In this document: piece after piece, positions 1 through 8,579 of the stretch
How the letters are laid out: the number at the start of each line of letters is the position of its first letter
Position numbering within the stretch: position 1 is the first letter of the stretch
Assembly (NCBI GenBank): GCA_016292035.1
Contig: JAEEZR010000026.1
Span: 16,655-80,654, forward strand
Source of the DNA: Bacillales bacterium
GTDB lineage: Bacteria > Bacillota_I > Bacilli_A > RF39 > UBA660
Reading direction: 5' to 3'
Length of the DNA stretch: 64,000 nucleotides
Program-made: the position numbers and the translations under genes
Notes under the pieces: model-generated
Seen by the model: only the letters and a program-made list of their open reading frames with translations
The model's database searches: none
What the model was told of the DNA's origin: nothing

Positions 1-57
1 ACAAGTATAATTTGTGACTTAAGCGTTGATGGGAAAGCAAAGTGTTGGTTTGACTAA
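1..57 (+). CDS. 3' end of a gene truncated by the window edge (...CDLSVDGKAKCWFD*), probably same pilin-like operon
   Basis: Frame 1 is open from base 1 to TAA at 55-57. The next same-strand gene starts 17 nt downstream. Confidence 0.3.
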   Translation, partial: TSIICDLSVDGKAKCWFD

Positions 58-74
58 ATAGAAAGGAAAAAGAT

Positions 75-554
75 ATGAAAAAGGGATTTGTATTTATAGA
101 AACTATAACAGTTCTTATGGTGCTAGTAACAGTATTGTTATCAGTCTTTTTGTCATATCAAAATATAACATCTAATATAGATAAAAGAGAATACTACGAT
201 AATATAAGTGATATTTATAAAACTAATATAATAAGAAAAAGGATAAATCTAGAATCTTTAGATAAACCAGGAGTAAGCTATATATCTATGGACACATCTA
301 ATTGTGCAGAATACATGGATAGTAACTGTGCATCTTTACTTGAAGATTTAGATGTAGATAAAATATATATAAATTTAGAAAAAATAGGAAATGTAAGCGG
401 AGGAAATTTTCCTAACACTTTAAAGGATTACTTAAAAACTATAGAAACATCAAGAGGAAATGCAATGGGAAGAGATGAAGAATTGTTTAAAAGAATGATA
501 ATAGTTAATTATAAATATAGAGATCATAATTACTATGCATCACTGGATATATAG
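75..554 (+). CDS. prepilin-type N-terminal domain protein (minor pseudopilin-like)
   Basis: N-terminus MKKGFVFIETITVLMVLV matches the G/F...E prepilin cleavage-methylation motif followed by a hydrophobic helix. Confidence 0.55.
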   Translation: MKKGFVFIETITVLMVLVTVLLSVFLSYQNITSNIDKREYYDNISDIYKTNIIRKRINLESLDKPGVSYISMDTSNCAEYMDSNCASLLEDLDVDKIYINLEKIGNVSGGNFPNTLKDYLKTIETSRGNAMGRDEELFKRMIIVNYKYRDHNYYASLDI

Positions 555-563
555 GAGGCACTC

Positions 564-2090
564 ATGAAGAAGAAAAATGGATTTACATTAGTAGAAGTAA
601 GTGTAAGTGTAGCTCTCTTATCAGTAATAATAATATTTGTAATAAACTTTATTAGTTTAATAAGAAATAATGAGGATGGAGTAGCAGCAGATACAGCTCT
701 AGAGCTTGATAAGCAAATAATCTCTGCATCAATAAATGCTGATGTTGTAGACACAGGAAAAGTAGAAACTGTTACTTGCACAGAAAATTCTTGTGATATT
801 AATTTCCAAAACGGAGAGAAAAGAAATATAAAGATTGAAGAAAATGGTACAAAACTAATCTACACAAATAAAACAACAAATAAAATGATATTTACCAGAA
901 GAAGTGAAGAAAATAATCAATATGAATTAGAATTAGACAATAAAGCAGCACTATACATAATAAGAGTAAAACAATCAGATAAAAGAAGATATGATATAGA
1001 ATTAATACTTGAAAAGAAAAGCGCTAAATACCTAGTAAGTGAGATAAGAAAGAATAAAACTGTTTCAACTAGGACAGACTTCACTACAAATTTTGAAGAA
1101 GAAGCAGAAAACGTAATATATAAAACTAACAGAACAAGTGGGAGAAAAGATGTATATTATTATGCTGGAAATATAAATAACAACTGGGTAATATTTGGTG
1201 ATGATAATATGGGCAATTACTACTATTGGAGGATTATAAGGACTAATACTCCATATGAAGGTGGAGGAACAAGGCTTTTATTTTCAGGCTACGGAACGAG
1301 TGCAACAACAATTCCAAATAACACAAACAGTGCATTTATAGAAGAAACACCCGCGTTTAATTGTGGTGATATAAACGATTGTAGTGAATCTGGTAATTTT
1401 TTCAATACATCTAATGGAAGTGCAGAATTTGTAGGGTATATGTTTGATCAAGATGAACAACATGGAGCATATTATTCAAGCAATGCAAAAAAAATAATAG
1501 ATAATTGGTATAGAACAGGAGGCTTAATAGACTATGCCGATTATTTGGACCCAGAAGCATTCTTTTGTGGTGATAGAACTGTTGAATCATCTACAATATG
1601 GATGCCAAATTCGCAAGCACAAATTAAATATGGTCCATATATAAGATTAATTGATCACAAATACCCATCATACAGTTGTGGAGAAAGTATAACAGGAAAT
1701 TATTTAGAAAGTTATAAGGATAGTTATAATAAAGATATAGATTCATACTATGCAAAGCCATCAAGTGGTGGAATTTACCCGGTTTTAACTTATCCTATAG
1801 GTCTAATAACAGTTGACGAATTAGCATTCATGGGCGGCATATACAATGAAGACGGATGCTGGAATTGCTGGTATCAACATGAAGGATACGAAAACTGGTG
1901 GACTATGTCACCATCCAGCTTTACCGACGAAAACGCCAGAGTTTTCTTTGTAGAGGATGACTCATACATATATGAAACAAACGTTGATGATGAAATGATG
2001 CTAAGACCAGTAATATCTCTTAAGGCAAATGCTGAAGTGTCTAGTGGTAATGGAACTACTTCTAGCCCATACATAATTAAAACGAATTGA
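564..2090 (+). CDS. large (508 aa) prepilin-type N-terminal domain protein with globular C-terminal domain
   Basis: MKKKNGFTLVEVSVSVALLSVIII prepilin motif. C-terminus has a WWTMSPS...MLRPVISLK pattern recalling WW.RSP...RP..L repeat domains. RBS AGGAGG lies upstream. Confidence 0.55.
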   Translation: MKKKNGFTLVEVSVSVALLSVIIIFVINFISLIRNNEDGVAADTALELDKQIISASINADVVDTGKVETVTCTENSCDINFQNGEKRNIKIEENGTKLIYTNKTTNKMIFTRRSEENNQYELELDNKAALYIIRVKQSDKRRYDIELILEKKSAKYLVSEIRKNKTVSTRTDFTTNFEEEAENVIYKTNRTSGRKDVYYYAGNINNNWVIFGDDNMGNYYYWRIIRTNTPYEGGGTRLLFSGYGTSATTIPNNTNSAFIEETPAFNCGDINDCSESGNFFNTSNGSAEFVGYMFDQDEQHGAYYSSNAKKIIDNWYRTGGLIDYADYLDPEAFFCGDRTVESSTIWMPNSQAQIKYGPYIRLIDHKYPSYSCGESITGNYLESYKDSYNKDIDSYYAKPSSGGIYPVLTYPIGLITVDELAFMGGIYNEDGCWNCWYQHEGYENWWTMSPSSFTDENARVFFVEDDSYIYETNVDDEMMLRPVISLKANAEVSSGNGTTSSPYIIKTN

Positions 2091-2958
2091 TAAAGTAATA
2101 TATTAAACAAGATATTAAGGAAGAAATAATTCCAACAAATATCTTGTTTTTTATTATCTTACGTGAATCTATTTCTTTAATATCTAAGACAGACAACTGC
2201 TGCATTAAAACACTTAGTGAACCAAATCCCAAAATAAAGGACGAAAACGCCATTTTAAACAAAAGTGAAGCATTTATACTAGAAAGCTTATAAAAAGCAC
2301 TAGAAAGCTCTAAAAATCCGTTTAAAATAGCTAAAAATAATTGATTAATGTTTGTATAATGATAAATAATATCAATAAGAAGATTAAATAATGAAATTGA
2401 CCCAAAAATAATAATCATATTATTAAAATTATCAATAAGAGATTTCTTAAGTGCTAAGTTAAAACTTATAGTTTTATTACTAATATTTAAGAAAGGAAGA
2501 TTTTTATAATTTATAATATACATAATAATATTTGAAATAAATATTGAAAAATATAATAAAAAACCATAAAAATAACTATTAAAAACTACTTTTCCAATAA
2601 AATATATAACATATATAACATTAGGAAATGAACTAAATGATAAAAGACTTATTGCATCTACTTTATTAATAAGCTCTTTTCTATAAAGGTTACCAATAAC
2701 TAAAGCATTAGACGGAATCGGACATAATACGCTCATCACTAAAAGATTAAAGCTTCTTAGATGTACGTTCTTAAATATATTAAAATACCCATAATTTACA
2801 AGCATATCAGAAAGAACAATAAAAGGATAAATGTTAAATAGTATCGACCTATAAAATATATTAAACGAATTTACAACTGAATTTATGACAATTTTATTAT
2901 TAAAAATAAATATAAAAAGAAGTAAAGTAAATAATAAATAACTAAATATTCTTCTCAT
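2077..2958 (-). CDS. polytopic membrane protein, YlbJ-like (nucleoside-recognition/sporulation membrane protein family)
   Basis: Multi-TM and F/I/L-rich. It is adjacent and divergent to a ylbL-like gene, as in Bacillus. The family call is by eye only. Confidence 0.4.
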   Translation of the reverse strand: MRRIFSYLLFTLLLFIFIFNNKIVINSVVNSFNIFYRSILFNIYPFIVLSDMLVNYGYFNIFKNVHLRSFNLLVMSVLCPIPSNALVIGNLYRKELINKVDAISLLSFSSFPNVIYVIYFIGKVVFNSYFYGFLLYFSIFISNIIMYIINYKNLPFLNISNKTISFNLALKKSLIDNFNNMIIIFGSISLFNLLIDIIYHYTNINQLFLAILNGFLELSSAFYKLSSINASLLFKMAFSSFILGFGSLSVLMQQLSVLDIKEIDSRKIIKNKIFVGIISSLISCLIYYFINSF

Positions 2959-2974
2959 AATATCTTCTCCTATA

Positions 2975-2983
2975 TGCTATAAT
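2975..2983 (+). promoter_or_regulatory. extended -10 (TGcTATAAT) upstream of sepM/ylbL-like gene
   Basis: TGCTATAAT lies 17 nt upstream of the ATG at 3000. RBS GAGGT lies between them. Confidence 0.4.
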
Positions 2984-2999
2984 ATTACTGAGGTATGAA

Positions 3000-4010
3000 A
3001 TGTATAATAAAATAATAAGTGCAATCAAAGAAAATAAAAAGAATATATTAATTGACATAATAATAGTATTATTTTTATCTATAATAAGTCTATACCCATT
3101 AAACTACGAAGTTTATACTTGGGGCAAGGTAAAAAATATAGATAAGATAATATCAGTAGAAAATGAGTACTCATCTAAAGGATCAATAAATTTAACATAT
3201 GTAAGAGCCTATGAAGGAACTATTTTAACAACCATGCTATCAAAAATAATACCATCATGGGATTTAGTAAAAGCTTCTGATGTAAGGCTAGAAGGAGAAA
3301 CAATTATAGATGAGCTAGAAAGAGGAAAAATAGACCTTGAAACAGCAAACGAATATGCAGTTAAAAATGCCTTAGAAGAAGCCAACATAAAATATGAAGA
3401 AAAAGATAAAAAAATAGTAGTATATTATGTATTTAAAGAAGCAAACACAAATCTTGAAGTAGCTGATGAGCTTGAAAACATAAATGGCCAAAAGATAATG
3501 TCTAAAGAAGATATAACAGCTGTCCTTAAAAACGTTAATGTCGGTGATGAAGTAATAATCGAAGTAACAAATAATAAGAAGAAAAGCACTAAAACAGCCA
3601 AGATAATTGAAGAAAATGGTGAAAAAATAATAGGACTATATATAAAAGAAAAATTAAAAATAGAAAATGATAAAAATATAATATTTAAATTTAAAAAGAG
3701 TGAAAGTGGTTCATCAGCAGGACTAATGACGACATTATCTCTATATAATAAGTTAATAGAAGAAGACATAACAAAAGGAAAGAAAATAGCTGGAACTGGC
3801 ACTATTGACTATAATGGAAACATCGGACAAATCGCAGGAATTAAATATAAACTAAAAGGAGCAGTAAAATCAGGATGTGATGTATTCCTAGTTCCATCAG
3901 GAGAAAACTACGAAGAAGCAAGAAAGTTGATAGAAAATAATAAATATGATATTAAATTAATAGAAGTATCTACATTTAAAGAAGCAATAAGCAAACTAAA
4001 AAATATCTAG
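3000..4010 (+). CDS. SepM/YlbL-family PDZ + Lon-like serine protease
   Basis: N-terminal TM helix, PDZ-like VGDEVIIEV segment, Lon-type Ser motif GSSAGLMTTLSLYN and downstream Lys (GIKYKLKGA). Confidence 0.7.
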   Translation: MYNKIISAIKENKKNILIDIIIVLFLSIISLYPLNYEVYTWGKVKNIDKIISVENEYSSKGSINLTYVRAYEGTILTTMLSKIIPSWDLVKASDVRLEGETIIDELERGKIDLETANEYAVKNALEEANIKYEEKDKKIVVYYVFKEANTNLEVADELENINGQKIMSKEDITAVLKNVNVGDEVIIEVTNNKKKSTKTAKIIEENGEKIIGLYIKEKLKIENDKNIIFKFKKSESGSSAGLMTTLSLYNKLIEEDITKGKKIAGTGTIDYNGNIGQIAGIKYKLKGAVKSGCDVFLVPSGENYEEARKLIENNKYDIKLIEVSTFKEAISKLKNI

Positions 4011-4021
4011 TTTGCTTTTTT
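3990..4021 (+). terminator. rho-independent terminator
   Basis: AGCAAACTA / TAGTTTGCT 9-bp stem followed by TTTTT. Confidence 0.6.
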
Positions 4022-4031
4022 GTACTATATA

Positions 4032-4040
4032 TGGTATAAT
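4032..4040 (+). promoter_or_regulatory. extended -10 (TGgTATAAT)
   Basis: TGGTATAAT lies 24 nt upstream of the ATG at 4065. RBS AAGGGGGA lies between them. Confidence 0.4.
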
Positions 4041-4064
4041 TTTAACAGTTTAAGGGGGATAATT

Positions 4065-5180
4065 ATGTTTGAAACTGAATACGAAAAAAGAATAAGAGTA
4101 AAAAATAAGAAGATTAAAATAGTAAATTTAGCTGCATATACAGCAGCTGCAATTATGGCATTATCAGCAATAGGATTTGGTGGTTACGTAGGAATTAAAA
4201 CTAGTGTAGCAGATGATAAAAGTAGAATAAGTAAAATATCAAGGACATCGGTTGCTTATTTTCTAAGTGATAAATCTAAAGAAGAATTGAATAAAGAAAA
4301 AATGATAAACTATATAAATAAAGCAAATATAAAAGAAGACTGCAAAGAAGTTCTTAAGAATGATCCATTTATGGACTATTATTTTGAAAGATACGAAGAA
4401 AATGATGTAGATCCATTTATACCAAACTTTGCTCTTGAAAATTTAGAAATACTAGGATATGATAAAAACCATGTAAATTATGAAATATCAGAAGGCTTTG
4501 CAGAAAGTATGAAACCTGGCATAATATATTTAAAAGACTATAATAATCAAAATTTAACATATACTGAAAAACAAACATTAGCGCATGAATTCATGCATAC
4601 TCTTCAAAACTACAAAGTACGAGAAAACAGATCATTTATATGTGAAACAACTGCCGAACTTATATCAAAAGAATTCTTCTTCTGTGGTATAGTCGAGTCA
4701 TATAAAAGTGATGTAAAATATCTAAGAAAGATACTAGAACTAGTATCAAAAGAAGCAATATTTGACTTAACTTTTTTTGGAAACGAGCAAAGACTATATG
4801 AAGAATTAAAAGACTATATAAGCGCGGATATGTACGAAGAATTTCATAATTTATTACTTGGAAAGTGGGACTTTGAAGATAAGTATTCTCCTGAGAAAAA
4901 GAGACTGAACTATATAATATCTGTAATATTTGAAAATAAATATGGTTATCCAATGAGAGAAGACAAAATAATGAGACTAATCGAACTATCAGACGAAAGT
5001 GTAGACCTTGTAAGATACTATTTTAACAACAAAGAAGAAGACCATCAAGAATCAATATATATACTTCAAGAACTACCTAAAAATATAGAAGATAGAGAAT
5101 TAATTGAAACTGAAACAGGCGATTTAGATCCAATAGGTATGCATATTAAAAAAGATAATATATTAAAAAAAGAAATGTAG
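4065..5180 (+). CDS. membrane-anchored putative zinc metallopeptidase (HExxH ... AE gluzincin-like spacing)
   Basis: Start moved to the ATG at 4065 (RBS AAGGGGGA). TM helix IVNLAAYTAAAIMALSAIGFGGYVGI. Motif LAHEFMHTLQ with ETTAELI about 20 residues downstream. Confidence 0.45.
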   Translation: MFETEYEKRIRVKNKKIKIVNLAAYTAAAIMALSAIGFGGYVGIKTSVADDKSRISKISRTSVAYFLSDKSKEELNKEKMINYINKANIKEDCKEVLKNDPFMDYYFERYEENDVDPFIPNFALENLEILGYDKNHVNYEISEGFAESMKPGIIYLKDYNNQNLTYTEKQTLAHEFMHTLQNYKVRENRSFICETTAELISKEFFFCGIVESYKSDVKYLRKILELVSKEAIFDLTFFGNEQRLYEELKDYISADMYEEFHNLLLGKWDFEDKYSPEKKRLNYIISVIFENKYGYPMREDKIMRLIELSDESVDLVRYYFNNKEEDHQESIYILQELPKNIEDRELIETETGDLDPIGMHIKKDNILKKEM

Positions 5181-5199
5181 TATAAAACTACATTTTTTT
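5175..5199 (+). terminator. rho-independent terminator
   Basis: ATGTAGT-ATAAA-ACTACAT followed by a T-run. Confidence 0.6.
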
Positions 5200-5200
5200 A

Positions 5201-5209
5201 TGTTATAAT
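5201..5209 (+). promoter_or_regulatory. extended -10 (TGtTATAAT) upstream of nusB
   Basis: TGTTATAAT lies 19 nt before the ATG at 5229. RBS GAAGGTGA. Confidence 0.4.
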
Positions 5210-5228
5210 GTTAAAGAAGGTGATTTAA

Positions 5229-5639
5229 ATGAAAGTAACAAGAAGCGAATTAAGAGAAAGAATAATGACTTCTCTATATCAAATATATATCTATAGAAAA
5301 GACAAAATAAAATATAATGTAGAAGATGTAATTAAAGAAAATGATAAAGAAGGAAATGCATTTGTAAGAGATATTGTAAATGGAGTACTATCAGAAGAAG
5401 AAGTACTTAATAAAGTACTAAATAAATACATGATAGACTGGACAGTAGAAAGACTAGGAAACATAGACCAAGCAATATTCAGATTAAGTGCTTATGAGCT
5501 TTTATTTACAAACACACCTCATATAGTAAGTATAAATGAAGGTATAGAATTATCTAAAAAATTCTCAGATGAAAAAGTAACAAAAATGTTAAATGCAGTA
5601 CTAGATGAAATATTAGATAAAGAGGTATCTAATGAATAA
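5229..5639 (+). CDS. nusB: transcription antitermination factor NusB
   Basis: Size, a NusB-like C-terminal pattern (AIFRLSAYELLF...INEGIELSKKF) and position upstream of xseA as in Bacillus. Confidence 0.85.
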   Translation: MKVTRSELRERIMTSLYQIYIYRKDKIKYNVEDVIKENDKEGNAFVRDIVNGVLSEEEVLNKVLNKYMIDWTVERLGNIDQAIFRLSAYELLFTNTPHIVSINEGIELSKKFSDEKVTKMLNAVLDEILDKEVSNE

Positions 5640-6897
5640 TGATTTATATCTATCAGTAACAGATGTAAATGAATATATAAAAACAGTCCTTGAAAAAGAC
5701 TCTTTTTTATCATACATAAGTGTAAGAGGAGAAATAAGTAATCTAAAAGTACATACAAGAGGTCACTTATACTTCAGTATAAAAGATAATGAATCTAAAA
5801 TAAACGTAGTAATGTTTAACTACAAGAATTACAATTTAGACTTTGAACCTAAAGATGGAATGGAAGTTCTAATAAAAGGAAAAATAAGTGTATTTGTATC
5901 AGGTGGAAACTACCAGATAACAGCTGTATCTATGAAACAAGATGGAATAGGCCAGCTTTATGTATTATTTGAAAAATTAAAAAGGAAATTATCTGATGAA
6001 GGCTTATTTGATCAAGATAAAAAATTAAAACTACCAAGAATACCAAAAAAAGTAGGAGTCATAACTGCACCTACAGGTGCTGCAGTAAAAGATATTATAA
6101 GTACGATTAACAGAAGATTCCCGCTATGTGAAATAACTTTGTTTCCAAGTTTAGTACAGGGTGACGGAGCTAAAGAAAATATCTGCAGAATGCTTGAAAT
6201 GGCATACAATAGTGATGTAGAAGTAATAATCCTTGGAAGAGGTGGAGGATCAATTGAAGATTTATGGGCTTTTAATGAAGAGATTGTTGCAAGAACTATA
6301 GCTAAAAGAAACAAGCCTATAGTATCAGCAGTAGGACACGAAATAGATTACACTATAAGTGATTTTGTAAGTGATTTACGTGCACCAACTCCAACAGCTG
6401 CAGCTGAGCTAGTAGTACCGTCAAAAGATGAAATATTAAAGTATTTAAAAGATTATAAAGGAAGAATAATGAGTGTTTTAAATAGTAAATTGAACTCTCA
6501 TAAAGAAACAATAAGAAAAATAAAAGAAAAAGACATTATAACAAATCCATCAAACATGTTTAATAAGTATGAGCAAAAATTAGATGTACTAATTGATAAA
6601 CTAGGATACACTCTTCCATCTAGAATAGAAAAAGAAACTAAAAGATTTGAGAACTTAAAAGAAAAACTAGAAGCTTCTTCTAAAATATATTTAGAAAGAA
6701 AAAAGAACATTCTTGATAAATATAAACTAAAAATCGATTTATTAAATCCTGAAAATCTATTAGAAAAAGGCTATTCTATTACATTAATAGATGGAAAGAT
6801 ACTAAAAGATGCATCTAAAGTAAAACCAGGAGATAAAATAACTACTAGACTTAAAAATGCACAAATAATAGGTGAAGTTAAGGAGGTATTAAAATGA
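5632..6897 (+). CDS. xseA: exodeoxyribonuclease VII large subunit
   Basis: N-terminal OB-fold pattern (VRGEISNLKVHTRGHLYFSIKD), central GRGGGSIEDLWAFNEE and HEIDYTISDFV motifs. Confidence 0.9.
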   Translation: MNNDLYLSVTDVNEYIKTVLEKDSFLSYISVRGEISNLKVHTRGHLYFSIKDNESKINVVMFNYKNYNLDFEPKDGMEVLIKGKISVFVSGGNYQITAVSMKQDGIGQLYVLFEKLKRKLSDEGLFDQDKKLKLPRIPKKVGVITAPTGAAVKDIISTINRRFPLCEITLFPSLVQGDGAKENICRMLEMAYNSDVEVIILGRGGGSIEDLWAFNEEIVARTIAKRNKPIVSAVGHEIDYTISDFVSDLRAPTPTAAAELVVPSKDEILKYLKDYKGRIMSVLNSKLNSHKETIRKIKEKDIITNPSNMFNKYEQKLDVLIDKLGYTLPSRIEKETKRFENLKEKLEASSKIYLERKKNILDKYKLKIDLLNPENLLEKGYSITLIDGKILKDASKVKPGDKITTRLKNAQIIGEVKEVLK

Positions 6898-7112
6898 AAG
6901 AAAGAAACTTTGAAGAATCACTATTAAAACTAGAAGAAATAATAAGAGAATTAGAAAGTGGCGAAGTAGCGCTAGACGACATGGTAAAAAAATATGAAGA
7001 AGCTAATGAATTAGTTAAATTCTGCTCTGAAAAACTTGAAAAAGCTACCAAAACAGTAAATAAAATAGTAGAAGAAAATGGTAAAACAAAAGATTTTAAA
7101 GTAGAAGAATAA
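6894..7112 (+). CDS. xseB: exodeoxyribonuclease VII small subunit
   Basis: 72 aa with FEESLLKLEEIIRELESGEVALDD, translationally coupled to xseA. Confidence 0.8.
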   Translation: MKERNFEESLLKLEEIIRELESGEVALDDMVKKYEEANELVKFCSEKLEKATKTVNKIVEENGKTKDFKVEE

Positions 7113-7114
7113 CA

Positions 7115-7150
7115 AAAACTACCAATCAATAATTGGTAGTTTTATTTTTA
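7115..7150 (+). terminator. rho-independent terminator
   Basis: AAAACTACCAAT / ATTGGTAGTTTT 12-bp stem followed by ATTTTT. Confidence 0.7.
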
Positions 7151-7184
7151 ATAAAAAGTAAACAATATAAATGAGGCGATTTAT

Positions 7185-8153
7185 ATGAAAAAAGTACTAC
7201 TAAGTTTACTCCTTCTATTAATGCCACTAAATCTAGTTGCATATTCAAACAAAATTGCTCTTGGAGGAGAAACTATCGGTATAGAAATAGAAACAAAGGG
7301 ATTAATTGTAGTAGGTTTTTATAAAATAAATGGACAATACATGGCAAAAGACAATTTACAAATTGGAGATATAATAATAGAAATAAATGGTAAAGAAGTA
7401 AATAAAATTGAAGATATAACAAGAGTTTTAGAAAATACAAATACAAATGAGTTGAATTTATTAATAAATAGAAATAATAAAGAACATAAAACAACGTTAA
7501 AAATATTCAAAGAAGAAGGCATATATAAAACAGGAATATATGTAAAAGATACAGTTCTTGGAATTGGCACAATGACTTATATAGACCCAAAAACAAAAAT
7601 ATATGGATCACTTGGCCATCAAGTAGAAGCAGAGGAAAGCACAAGCGCCTTGAAAATAAATGAAGGAAATTTATTAAATGCCACAATAGAAACTATTGAA
7701 AAAAGTGAAAACGGAATAGTAGGAAATAAAAATGCAAGAGTAGAGTTATATAACCAAATAGGATCAATAAATAAAAATACAAATAAAGGTATATATGGAA
7801 TATATAACAATGACACTTCAAAAAGACAAGAATTAGAAATAATGGAATTTGATGATATTAAAAAAGGAAAAGCATTCATGTACACTCAAATAGATAATAA
7901 TGTAGAAAAATATGAAATAGAAATAACGTCTAAAAATAAAGATCTAATTAAAACTAACAAGTCAATTTCATTTAAAATAACGGATAAAAAGCTATTAGAA
8001 AGAGCAGGCGGTATAATAAGAGGAATGAGTGGAAGCCCAATTGTACAAGATAATAAAATAATAGGAGCAGTAACGCATGTAGTAGTAGATGATGTAGAAA
8101 AAGGATACGCAATATATATCAAAACAATGCTTGAAGAAGGAGAAAAAGATTGA
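7185..8153 (+). CDS. spoIVB: SpoIVB-type peptidase S55 (PDZ + serine protease)
   Basis: Signal/TM N-terminus, PDZ-like GDIIIEINGKEV, catalytic-Ser context RGMSGSPIVQDNKIIGAVTHV. Confidence 0.75.
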   Translation: MKKVLLSLLLLLMPLNLVAYSNKIALGGETIGIEIETKGLIVVGFYKINGQYMAKDNLQIGDIIIEINGKEVNKIEDITRVLENTNTNELNLLINRNNKEHKTTLKIFKEEGIYKTGIYVKDTVLGIGTMTYIDPKTKIYGSLGHQVEAEESTSALKINEGNLLNATIETIEKSENGIVGNKNARVELYNQIGSINKNTNKGIYGIYNNDTSKRQELEIMEFDDIKKGKAFMYTQIDNNVEKYEIEITSKNKDLIKTNKSISFKITDKKLLERAGGIIRGMSGSPIVQDNKIIGAVTHVVVDDVEKGYAIYIKTMLEEGEKD

Positions 8154-8201
8154 TAATAAAACTTATATATGATAATATATACATCCGAAAGAAGGAATAA
8201 A

Positions 8202-8513
8202 ATGAAAAAAATAGATAAGATATCAGCTTTCTTACAAGCATGGCAAATATACTTAGAACTTTGTAAAAAAGTAAATAATCTTAATGAAGAAGAAAAATTC
8301 TTTATTCAAAGTTCAATTAGTGAAGGAGTAATGTTATCAGCTGTATTTGATAAATATCCAACAGCAAGAAAGCATATTAAGAATGAAGATATAGAATACC
8401 TAATTTACTTAGGAAAATATCTAATGAAGATTTCAATGATAGATAGAAGTAATTTAGAAGCTTCTATATCATTAGAAAAAAATACACTTCATTTAGCATT
8501 AAGCGAAAGATAG
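8202..8513 (+). CDS. hypothetical protein
   Basis: ORF with start moved to the ATG at 8202 (RBS GAAGGAATAAA). No recognisable motif. Confidence 0.4.
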   Translation: MKKIDKISAFLQAWQIYLELCKKVNNLNEEEKFFIQSSISEGVMLSAVFDKYPTARKHIKNEDIEYLIYLGKYLMKISMIDRSNLEASISLEKNTLHLALSER

Positions 8514-8543
8514 ACCAAGAATAACACTTGGTCTTTATTTTAT
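8512..8543 (+). terminator. rho-independent terminator
   Basis: AGACCAAG / CTTGGTCT stem followed by TTATTTTAT. Confidence 0.6.
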
Positions 8544-8579
8544 GTTTCTCATATTATATAATGTATAAGAGGTAATAAA

